From an uncultured Spirochaetota bacterium (GTDB taxonomy: Bacteria > Spirochaetota > Spirochaetia > SZUA-6 > Fen-1364), in NCBI GenBank assembly GCA_963745235.1, contig CAVUXE010000006.1, positions 1-18,927 on the forward strand: DNA of 18,927 nucleotides, in the 5' to 3' direction. The notes below the pieces were generated by a model. The model worked only from the letters and a program-made list of their open reading frames with translations. It did not search any database and had not been told where the DNA came from. The position numbers were made by a program, and so were the translations under genes. Shown here in pieces: positions 8,235-15,771 of this stretch (its first letter is position 1; each line of letters begins with the position of its first letter).

Positions 8235-8960
8235 ATGAAACAACAAGAGAAATTGGAAAGGGAATCGGAACTGATTTTGAAAGAGTATCGGAGACGAGGA
8301 CGCAAGGAGGGACACCGCGTCCTAATCGAAGATGGAATCGCCAACATTGGCAAGTATGTTGGAACTTGGCCGAAGGTGCTGTGGATTCTAAAGGAAGCCT
8401 ATAACGAAGCCGAGGGCGGTGAAGCAGGCGGCGATTGGAGCATGGCAAGAGTACTCAACGAAGGTAAGTACGGCGACGACTGGCGATCGCTACGACCAAT
8501 TGCTTGCGTAACTCACGCTGTCCTTTCTGGTTTCTTGAAGTACAAGGAACTTCCCTCACTCTCAAGTGATGAGAAGATTCGCAAATCCACGCAGGGTATA
8601 GCCTACATCAACGTGAGCAAGTTTCCAGGAAAATCGGGCAGTACGTATGCGCCGCTGAAGGCCGTTTACGAACAGTACAGTGACCTACTGCTTCGGCAGA
8701 TTGCGCTATTTGAGCCCAACGTACTCATCTTTGGCAACACTATTGACCTCTTCCGATCCGATCTACACCTGTCAAAAGAATACAACAAGGACGAGCAGAG
8801 GGAGAGCGCTCGATTCAAGATCAAAGATGACAAGCTCTACATTCAAGCCTATCATCCATCACAACGCAATACGACTGATAAGGTTCTGTATGTAAATGAC
8901 CTAGTGGCGATCATTAAGAAGTACTGCGCGAAATATGCTCACAGCCCTCATATCGGCTGA
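8235..8960 (+). CDS. Uracil-DNA-glycosylase-fold hypothetical protein
   Basis: AAGGAGGAGG SD before ATG 8235; motif order KVLWILKE, IAYINVSK, LLLRQIALFEPNVLIFGNT, IQAYHPS matches UDG-superfamily motif A strand, N-x-x-K strand, EIxxxxPxxII and motif B HPS. Confidence 0.7.
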   Translation: MKQQEKLERESELILKEYRRRGRKEGHRVLIEDGIANIGKYVGTWPKVLWILKEAYNEAEGGEAGGDWSMARVLNEGKYGDDWRSLRPIACVTHAVLSGFLKYKELPSLSSDEKIRKSTQGIAYINVSKFPGKSGSTYAPLKAVYEQYSDLLLRQIALFEPNVLIFGNTIDLFRSDLHLSKEYNKDEQRESARFKIKDDKLYIQAYHPSQRNTTDKVLYVNDLVAIIKKYCAKYAHSPHIG

Positions 8961-9095
8961 CTAACTCTTTTGTCGCCGTTTTGATTCCATTCGGATACTA
9001 TAGATATCTGGAAGTCCCCAACGGCGACGCGGGAGTGAGCTTCTCAGTCAGATACTACTTGGAACTCTCTTTGAAACTTGCCTCCAATGGGGTGC

Positions 9096-9473
9096 ATGAA
9101 CGCATCGACAACGGTGTCCACAATCCTCAAACATCTGATTCCTGCTCTTGAATCGATCAAAAGGGACATTCAGGAAACTGAGAGTAGGCAGGACTCACTT
9201 AAGGAGACTTCCCAACCTCCCAAACGAGAGCAAGCTGCTAAGGAGGCTGAAGATTCAACCAAGAAGCTCCTCACCCTGGCCGACGCAGCGACATACCTGA
9301 GCTTCAGCCAGAGTTACCTCTACAGACTGACTTCCAGAAAGCAGATTTCACACTACAAGATCGGGAGCAGAATCCTCTTCAGTGAACAACAACTCGTGAA
9401 TTGGCTTGCTGGCTTTGAGTCCCCTGCAGGTATTACTACGCCACGTAGGAGGACTCGGCTTTCGCCAGACTGA
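9096..9473 (+). CDS. Excisionase-like helix-turn-helix (HTH_17/MerR-like) DNA-binding protein
   Basis: LLTLADAATYLSFSQSYLYRLTSRKQISHYKIGSRILFSEQQLVNWL is a typical Xis/HTH_17 domain; start uncertain (9078-9096). Confidence 0.85.
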   Translation: MNASTTVSTILKHLIPALESIKRDIQETESRQDSLKETSQPPKREQAAKEAEDSTKKLLTLADAATYLSFSQSYLYRLTSRKQISHYKIGSRILFSEQQLVNWLAGFESPAGITTPRRRTRLSPD

Positions 9474-9528
9474 ACATAGGATATTCTCTTCCATCGAGAG
9501 AAAATGAAACCTTGCGCCGATCAGAGGC

Positions 9529-10479
9529 TCACCTTGAGGGCGGAAATCCGTTGGGAATAACATTCACGTTGTACCCTTTGCTGCGGCAGAACATCCTAAG
9601 CCCTTTGTCCCGAATCTGTTGATCGGAAGACGAGTTGAAGTAAATCAAGGTAATTGGCAGATGCGAGGTATCGCTCGGATTCCTTAGCACCAAGTACGGC
9701 ATTATCGAGTCTCCTTTCTTGCGATACTTCAAAAGAGTTTCGTCTTCCTTCGCTACCCAACGGTAAGCTCGCCACTCTTGTTCCTCATGAAAGCAACTAT
9801 CTTTGAACTTGATAACACAATCGATAATGGCCCTTCCTGAGACGCTCAGAAGATCCAAGGAGTGCTTATCTTCCGCCTTGATACCCTTCGCCTTGAACTG
9901 GTTGCATCGCTGAACGATCACTGAGATAATCCTGTCAGCGACTTCGATCTGTTGCCTTCTGTCATAGACCACTTTGCATATGAGAGTTGAGTTGAGCCTC
10001 ACTGTCCCATTTGCTCCGTCTGGCCGCAGACTCGTGAGTCCCCTCGTCAAGAAGCCGATGGAATACCCCTGGGTGGCGCTGTATTCTCTCCACTGGCTTA
10101 ACTGGTTGGCATTCTCGCACATGCAGAATACGTAGGCTGAAAGAGCCGAATCGAACAGATCAGTTAGGTAGCGCTTCAAGGGATAGAGACCATGGTAGGT
10201 CATAGCCTCTACAAATCCGCAGTCTCTTAGCTCCTGTTCTCTGCTCTCGAAGGTCTCCTGCATCAGGTTCATTCCATATTCGAGCTCAGTCGTGTCGCTC
10301 AAGAACCGTGCGTGTGAAAACCAAAGTTCGCCTTTTTCAAGAATGTTCAACAAGGCATCTGTGGTGGTGTAATGTGCCAAGACCGTTGGTACTTCGGTCT
10401 CAACAACAATTCTCAGAAACTCATCGATCGCACCTGATATGAAGCCGTCAAAAAAGCCCTGAACATCATGGCCGCTCAC
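9529..10479 (-). CDS. DUF2971-domain protein (ADP-ribosyltransferase-like fold, putative)
   Basis: LAHYTTTDALLNILEKGELWFSHARFLSDTTELEYG, YVFCMCENANQLSQWREYS, GYSIGF, KVVYD, FKDSCFHEEQEWR are characteristic DUF2971 motifs. Confidence 0.85.
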   Translation of the reverse strand: MSGHDVQGFFDGFISGAIDEFLRIVVETEVPTVLAHYTTTDALLNILEKGELWFSHARFLSDTTELEYGMNLMQETFESREQELRDCGFVEAMTYHGLYPLKRYLTDLFDSALSAYVFCMCENANQLSQWREYSATQGYSIGFLTRGLTSLRPDGANGTVRLNSTLICKVVYDRRQQIEVADRIISVIVQRCNQFKAKGIKAEDKHSLDLLSVSGRAIIDCVIKFKDSCFHEEQEWRAYRWVAKEDETLLKYRKKGDSIMPYLVLRNPSDTSHLPITLIYFNSSSDQQIRDKGLRMFCRSKGYNVNVIPNGFPPSR

Positions 10480-10984
10480 GCTGATTTTCCCACCTTGATA
10501 GGACGCGTCCTACGTGCCCTATTGGGCTTGGCCTTACGTCGGTTCGCTACTGCGTCACTTTGGCCGCTGCCAAGTTGAACCAGGGGGAAGTTCTCAAGGT
10601 CTCTAACCTTGGCAATCGCCACATGGGTTAGCCTGTCTTCTTCCGTCCTGTAGCCAAACAGCAATTCTGAATCTGACTTGTAATGGGCCTTGAGTGATTT
10701 CTTGGTAAGCCTAACTGATACCTCCAAATGCTTGGTGCTCCTTGGTTCCAGAAAGAAGGTATTGCTCCTAAGATTCCTAACCTGGGTGAGATTGCCTTCC
10801 TCGTAGCCTATCCTGAGGGGATGAAAGCTCCCTGATTTGGAGTAGATGGTAATCTCTTTGATTGCGCGCTTTACGTTCGTTCCGTTGTAAACGTCATACT
10901 TGATCTCGATTAGGCCACAATCGCACTTGTTTACGTTCGTCACATTTTCTCTTGAAACGCCCCTCCCTCTTATCAATTCCAAGC
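10476..10984 (-). pseudogene. 3' part of an IS66-interrupted membrane-anchored protein
   Basis: Joins in frame with 12587-12772 after removing the IS and one TSD copy (RRHVRLE|LIRGRGVS); stop overlaps the DUF2971 start (GTGA). Confidence 0.85.
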
Positions 10985-12586
10985 GTAACTGTTCAGCTGG
11001 TCTGAAGACAGTCAGTCAGGGTTAGGTCTTTTTCAAACGCATTCATGAGAGCGTCAATAACCGATAGGCCCTGCTTTCTGATCGTTGAGATATAACTTCG
11101 TATCCGACAGAATGAGAGCGCTCCCCCATTGCTTCGGAATGCCCCGGATACTTTCTGCTGGACCCTCATCATTCTTATATCTCGTTCTGCCAAATTATTG
11201 TCGAAGTCAACTCTGAAATCGGTCATGTATCGCAGGGTCTCCTCGCGTAGTCGTTCAAGTCTTTCCAACAGATTGCGTGCTTTGCTGCGCTTGATCCGGC
11301 CCCGTTTTCCGGGGCTGTCTGCCCGATGAGGCGATGGGTTGGCTTTCATACCACTTGCGATGATCGCTTTGTAGCGGCTCTCATATTTGCGAATGTCGCA
11401 GAGGGGTAGTTTCTTCTTCCCTGTGCGTTTTGCCTGCTCCACAGTTTGCTTGCTCTCCAGAAGAAGGCCGATCATTTGCTGCGCCCACACTTGGCCACCC
11501 GGTTCATAGACCGCCGTGAGTTCTCGAATGTGATGTGCGTTGCACAGCGAATGCGAGCACCTATATTTCATGTAGGGTTTCCAATTATCATGAACCGCGT
11601 TGCCTTTCAGCCGCGGCAGAATTCCTATCTGGTCTGTGGCGGCCGTCCCGCGCCTCTGATGAGGATAGTAGTAGGTGAACTCCTGAGTGCCCGCCCCGTG
11701 CAGCCAGTGCAGTTTGCCGTTGATGCTCAAGCCGGTCTCATCAAAGTGCACCACTTTCGCCTGAATCAGTTTCTCCTTGATCTGCTCCACAACACCCTCG
11801 ACTCGTTGCGCACACCGCCGATCGATACTGGCCAGCGTGCCAACGCTGAGGGGAATGGCGAACAGATCAGCGAAGGCTTGGGCGGCTCGATCGTAGGAAA
11901 GAAATCCATAGTTTTTTAGATACACTGCAAATGCCTTCAGCCGTGGACCGTACTGTGTTTTGTGACTTACCCCGAGTGGGAACACCGCTACCGAAAACTC
12001 GTGGCAGTGGGGGCAGCGCTTGATCTGGGCACGGTGTTCGGTCACATCCACGGCGATGGGCGGAATATCGAAGACTTGTCGTGACTCATACCCTCGCGGC
12101 TTTTGCTGTTGCAGCGACTTGCCGCATCCCTGGCACACTTTGACTTCATGAATCATCACCTGCTGCGGGTGTTCGACCATGGACAACGTTGTTCCCTCGT
12201 GCCCTTGCTGACCGCCAGGTTTTTTCCCGCTGGATTCTCGTCTCGTATGAATCCGTCGATGCAAGCCATCACTGGAGGGAGGCTTATCGCTGTTATGACT
12301 GTCCTTGCTGTTCTTCTCCTCCAGCGCTTTGATTCTTTGCGTTAACCTCTTGATCTGGTCTACCACCTGGTCGATGGTGTTGTCGTGCTGATCCTGTAGA
12401 TACTCGATGAGAGAAACGATAGCCTCAGGGCCTGCCTTGTATGCATTCAGAATTTGCTCGCGAGGGATTCGCGGCAGATGATAGTCCTTTTCCTCTCCCA
12501 TGCAACTGAGCGTGACGGACTTTTTGAGTTTCCGGAATACTTAACATCCGTCCGGTATTTCACCTCCCGGGGAGCTGAACAGTTAC
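10985..12586 (-). mobile_element. Complete IS66-family insertion sequence (single-ORF, ISBst12-like), 1602 bp
   Basis: 14-bp perfect IRs GTAACTGTTCAGCT (10985-10998) / AGCTGAACAGTTAC (12573-12586); 8-bp TSD TTCCAAGC at 10977-10984 and 12587-12594. Confidence 0.95.
10993..12501 (-). CDS. IS66 family transposase
   Basis: DSHNSDKPPSSD, KPGGQQGHEG, zinc ribbon CQGCG...CPHC, HFDETG, HDNW, CNAHHIREL, FDNNLAERDIR, QKVSGAFRS; stop codon lies within the IR. Confidence 0.96.
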   Translation of the reverse strand: MGEEKDYHLPRIPREQILNAYKAGPEAIVSLIEYLQDQHDNTIDQVVDQIKRLTQRIKALEEKNSKDSHNSDKPPSSDGLHRRIHTRRESSGKKPGGQQGHEGTTLSMVEHPQQVMIHEVKVCQGCGKSLQQQKPRGYESRQVFDIPPIAVDVTEHRAQIKRCPHCHEFSVAVFPLGVSHKTQYGPRLKAFAVYLKNYGFLSYDRAAQAFADLFAIPLSVGTLASIDRRCAQRVEGVVEQIKEKLIQAKVVHFDETGLSINGKLHWLHGAGTQEFTYYYPHQRRGTAATDQIGILPRLKGNAVHDNWKPYMKYRCSHSLCNAHHIRELTAVYEPGGQVWAQQMIGLLLESKQTVEQAKRTGKKKLPLCDIRKYESRYKAIIASGMKANPSPHRADSPGKRGRIKRSKARNLLERLERLREETLRYMTDFRVDFDNNLAERDIRMMRVQQKVSGAFRSNGGALSFCRIRSYISTIRKQGLSVIDALMNAFEKDLTLTDCLQTS

Positions 12587-12772
12587 TTCCAAGCGAACAT
12601 GTCTTCGGTAGAAGTTCACCTTTCCTCTTTCAGCTACCTTCCTTGAAATAAACAGGGCCACTACACTCCCGATGCCAGCCGTAAGAACTGCACCCGATAA
12701 GGCTCCGATGAGTCCCTGGAAGTCCTTCACGGTTGTCCAAAATGCAGAATAGCTGTTTTGAATGTTGCTCAT
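12587..12772 (-). pseudogene. 5' part of the IS66-interrupted gene (N-terminal TM helix)
   Basis: MSNIQNSYSAFWTTVKDFQGLIGALSGAVLTAGIGSVVALFISRK...RRHVRLE, ending in the TSD. Confidence 0.85.
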
Positions 12773-12774
12773 TC

Positions 12775-13190
12775 TCAGGTCGTCCTGTATCTCCTGCCCT
12801 GCCACTGTCGGTAGGCGAGTCTTGCCAGCTTCTTCTCCTTCACTGACCCATGGCGGTCAAAGTACAAGACCTGTTGCTCAGCCTGGGCTGCGTCAGCAAA
12901 GGCTTGCTCAGCGGTAACAAGCTTCGTGGTGGGCTTTCCCTTCTCTACCCAATAAACGCTACCAACAATCTTTCCCAAAGATTCCTCCTTGAAGAGTTGA
13001 ATGACCTGGATTCTATCATATGGCACGTAGTGGCTTTCTGCCGCTTGGCATCATGGAACTTAATCGCAGCGTTCTGCTCTGCCTTTCTCCGAACCGTTCC
13101 CGTGTAGGTCTGAAGGCCGAGCCTGAACGACACGGTATCTCCGTTGTGAAGCTGACTGCGGATAGTCTGCGCTCTGCGCTGCAAGACCAT
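12775..13190 (-). pseudogene. Frameshifted hypothetical gene (~138 aa), N-terminal SH3/KOW-like barrel
   Basis: ORFs 12945-13235 (from ATG 13190, AGGAAG SD) and 12775-13026 join by a -1 shift near 13035: GDTVSFRLGLQTYTGTVRRKAEQNAAIKFHDAKRQK/SHYVPYDRIQVI. Stop is 2 nt before the next ATG. Confidence 0.5.
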
Positions 13191-13451
13191 CTTCCTATGC
13201 CCTCGTCTACGCGCTGTGCACTGCTGCCTCAACACGGAAATGCGACTGCTGATTTGATGCCGCAGCTTCAGAAGTTCTTCGAGAGTGAGGTTGCTTTATG
13301 TTCACGGAGGCTTGCGGCTCGCCAAGTCTCCCAAACGAAAACATGTCCCCGAGGGAGGAGCAACTCTACAAGACTTGGGAGAACGACAACACCTATCCCC
13401 GAGAGAACTCCTACCTGTCAACCTTTGTGCGTGTTCGGGAGGATCGAAGAG

Positions 13452-13637
13452 TCATGGTGCTAGCGCATGTTTTTTTGTTGGGCTGCTATAACAGGTACCG
13501 CCGTTCACAAAAGCGTGTCCGCAGTAGACACAATGCTTACCATCTTGCTCAAGCAACACGTGCTTCTTAGTTGGGCTACTGTAACAGGTACCACCACCCA
13601 CAAAGGCATGTCCGCAGTATCGACACTTATTTGCCAT
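13452..13637 (-). CDS. 61-aa protein with two tandem CxYC-x9-C-x7-H putative zinc fingers
   Basis: GGAGGT SD; repeats CRYCGHAFVGGGTCYSSPTKKH / CVYCGHAFVNGGTCYSSPTKKH, differing mostly at synonymous positions. Confidence 0.85.
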   Translation of the reverse strand: MANKCRYCGHAFVGGGTCYSSPTKKHVLLEQDGKHCVYCGHAFVNGGTCYSSPTKKHALAP

Positions 13638-13683
13638 GAGCTACCTCCATTTTCGATTCACGCCCAACTATATCACTTTAGGT

Positions 13684-13836
13684 TCAGTCGTCAACAAAGC
13701 ACCTGGGCTCTTTACGGTACGGCAAATGCAACGCCTTCGCCGCCTTCCGCGTCGCTTCGTCGCCGCGACGGTCATACCGCTGAGTGGTTGCCACACTTGA
13801 GTGTCCTGCAATCGCGGCTACCGCGCTGATATCTAC
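13684..13836 (-). pseudogene. C-terminal relic of a tyrosine recombinase
   Basis: [40 protein letters not shown] = box II GH...TT.RY tail only; the upstream part is replaced by the 13833-14390 gene. Confidence 0.8.
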
Positions 13837-14390
13837 CGTACCAACAGCTGCACCAGCCTCACGACCCAATATATTACGGTCGCAACTCCAACGAGAAACA
13901 TTATGGAGGCAAATAGGTTGAACCTTTTTGAGTACTGTCTCACTATCAAGACTGGAAGTCGTCTGGCAAATCCATCATCAAACTTCTCGGTCGTGTTGAT
14001 ATTTACAACTGTCAAGGGCGGGTAGTAGAGGTAGTTGATGATCACTTGTTCCTTTGGCACAAGAGTGGAGAAGACGATTTCGTTCTTTCCGTCAGGTGAA
14101 GTCTTGACTTCGTAGTGCGTCCCCGTAGGCAACACTTGGAAGTTAGGAAGCACATTATGCCCGACTTTGACATTCCTTGCAGCTTTTCTGCCCGTATTTC
14201 GGATCGTGATCGAATGGGAATTGATGTGAAAGGTCTTTCCTTCAGCATCTGGTGGGCTTACAGATATGCCGAACGTATTGCTAATGTAGCTGATCAGTCT
14301 CGGCCGATCCTCAGCAACCCTGTTGAGAACGGCACCGATGAACAACGCTGCAAGCGGAGCAATTATGATCGCATAGACTTCTGGACTCAT
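13833..14390 (-). CDS. Hypothetical membrane protein: TM - beta-sandwich-like domain - TM
   Basis: Hydrophobic N- and C-terminal helices flanking a beta-rich region with [16 protein letters not shown] (Ig-like 'NxG' motif). Confidence 0.8.
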   Translation of the reverse strand: MSPEVYAIIIAPLAALFIGAVLNRVAEDRPRLISYISNTFGISVSPPDAEGKTFHINSHSITIRNTGRKAARNVKVGHNVLPNFQVLPTGTHYEVKTSPDGKNEIVFSTLVPKEQVIINYLYYPPLTVVNINTTEKFDDGFARRLPVLIVRQYSKRFNLFASIMFLVGVATVIYWVVRLVQLLVR

Positions 14391-14422
14391 GCCCGTATCC
14401 TAATGTCCCTATCGGACAACCG

Positions 14423-14605
14423 TCAACTATGGACATTCGTAAGAAGCTTGTTCTTCTTCAGGTACTCCACCAGCAGCATCCTGATTCCTGTTGCAATCGG
14501 AATCCTTCGCTCCTTGAAGTGCTCTTCCAGCACCAGCCAATCCTCATCTGACATTCTGAAATTCCGTATCTTTAGCTTCTTCTCATCTTCAACAGTTGGT
14601 CTCAT
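14423..14605 (-). CDS. Ribbon-helix-helix (CopG/Arc-like) DNA-binding protein
   Basis: KIRNFRMSDEDWLVLEEHFKERRIPIATGIRMLLVEYL fits the strand-helix-helix pattern; 12 nt downstream of the recombinase stop. Confidence 0.7.
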   Translation of the reverse strand: MRPTVEDEKKLKIRNFRMSDEDWLVLEEHFKERRIPIATGIRMLLVEYLKKNKLLTNVHS

Positions 14606-14617
14606 GCTTCCATCCTC

Positions 14618-15514
14618 TTACAGGAGTTCATCGAGAGAAAGAGTCTCGTGGGTGTACATGTCCAACGTGATGGCCGTTGACGAATGTCCCAGGTATTCAC
14701 TCGTTGCCTGAATCTTTCTCGTTTTGCGGATCATGTTTGTGGCAAACGAGTGTCTCAGCGTGTGGGCGCTGATGTGTCTTCCCAGGACTGCCTCTGACAA
14801 CTTCCCGATCTTCTTCGTCACGTTCACTTTGTCATACCGATTTCCGTGGATTGTTTCGAACAGGTACTTCTTGCCCATGAAAGTCTGCTGCATCCTCAGT
14901 AGATCATCCTTCGACAGATACACAGTCCTTCCCTTCTCACCTTTGCCAATCACGCTGACTGCCGCAGCATCATCTGTCTCCGTCACGTCCGCCAGCGTGA
15001 CGTTCAGCGCCTCAGAGATTCGACAGCCCGTCTTCGACAGGAAGAGGATGATCAGCGAAGTCTTGGGATCAGCGGCCTGGATCAGCTTCTCTATCTCGTC
15101 CTCCGAGAGAACTGACTCAGGACGAATCACCTTCTCGTTCTTGGACAGCTTGATTCCCCTGACCACCTTGTAGGCGTTCTTCAGGACTTCAGCTTTCTCC
15201 TTGCCGTAGACTTCGACAAGGTATCCGACAAGACCAGCCTTGATAGCACAGAGCTTCCGATTGATCGTCGTGGGCCTGACGGAGTTCTTGAGCAGGAAGC
15301 TCCTGTACTTCTCCAAGGAGCCTGGATCACCGATGGACAATCCCTTGTCCTTGCAGAATGAGAGGTATGCCTCCCGATCCCCTCTGTACGCGGCGAGGGA
15401 AAGCTCAGCGAGGTTTTCTGAGGGAGGGTTGAGGAAAAGATCGAACTCCTTTGTCTTCAGGGCTGGTATGGTGATGCTGTCCAGAGGAACCTCCTTTTCA
15501 GGCCGAAACACCAC
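14618..15514 (-). CDS. Tyrosine recombinase (Xer/resolvase-type, no arm-binding domain)
   Basis: TGCRISE (R), GKGEKGR (K), HTLRHSFAT (HxxR), LGHSS (H), DMYTH (Y); N-terminal core-binding domain (TINRKLCAIK). True start may be CTG 15484. Confidence 0.95.
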   Translation of the reverse strand: MVFRPEKEVPLDSITIPALKTKEFDLFLNPPSENLAELSLAAYRGDREAYLSFCKDKGLSIGDPGSLEKYRSFLLKNSVRPTTINRKLCAIKAGLVGYLVEVYGKEKAEVLKNAYKVVRGIKLSKNEKVIRPESVLSEDEIEKLIQAADPKTSLIILFLSKTGCRISEALNVTLADVTETDDAAAVSVIGKGEKGRTVYLSKDDLLRMQQTFMGKKYLFETIHGNRYDKVNVTKKIGKLSEAVLGRHISAHTLRHSFATNMIRKTRKIQATSEYLGHSSTAITLDMYTHETLSLDELL

Positions 15515-15535
15515 ATAATGTCACTTTTGTGGTAG
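15508..15535. other. dif/res-like tyrosine-recombinase core site (11-6-11)
   Basis: ACACCACATAA-TGTCAC-TTTTGTGGTAG; inner arms are an 8/9 inverted repeat around a 6-bp spacer. Confidence 0.7.
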
Positions 15536-15539
15536 AGTA

Positions 15540-15568
15540 AATGTATAGTTATTGTCTTACACTGTCAA
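15540..15568 (-). promoter_or_regulatory. Sigma70-type promoter for the recombinase-RHH operon
   Basis: TTGACA (15568-15563), 17-bp spacer, TACATT (15545-15540). Confidence 0.7.
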
Positions 15569-15771
15569 GTCCCTGCTGCCATTCTGAAGAAGCTCTGCTC
15601 CCTCCCTGGCCTCCCCAAGCGATGCCCCCAGGACGCTGCTGCTGAGCCCACCACAATTGAGAACGGGAGTCACTTGGGCCTGGGATACCCTTTTCGGACG
15701 GTCTATAGGAATTGGAGATTCCTTGCCGCGCACACAAACAGGGGTTAGAATGCCCTAAGCAGAGGAACGCG

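Noticed and set aside
13460-13625. CRISPR-like or DGR-like repeat pair
   Set aside because: Only two copies, both in frame within one ORF, and differences are at synonymous positions rather than adenine-specific; no cas or RT gene.
14393-14420. Second dif-like site (CCTAA-TGTCCC-TATCGG)
   Set aside because: The spacer resembles that at 15519, but the arms have poor symmetry and little identity to the first site.
7385-15514. Integron with cassette array
   Set aside because: No convincing attC (RYYYAAC...GTTRRRY) sites between genes, and the recombinase lacks the IntI-specific insertion.
14618-15514. Calling the recombinase xerC/xerD or the tRNA-targeting island integrase
   Set aside because: Accessory context argues against chromosomal Xer; short length, no arm-binding domain and distance from the att site argue against the island integrase.
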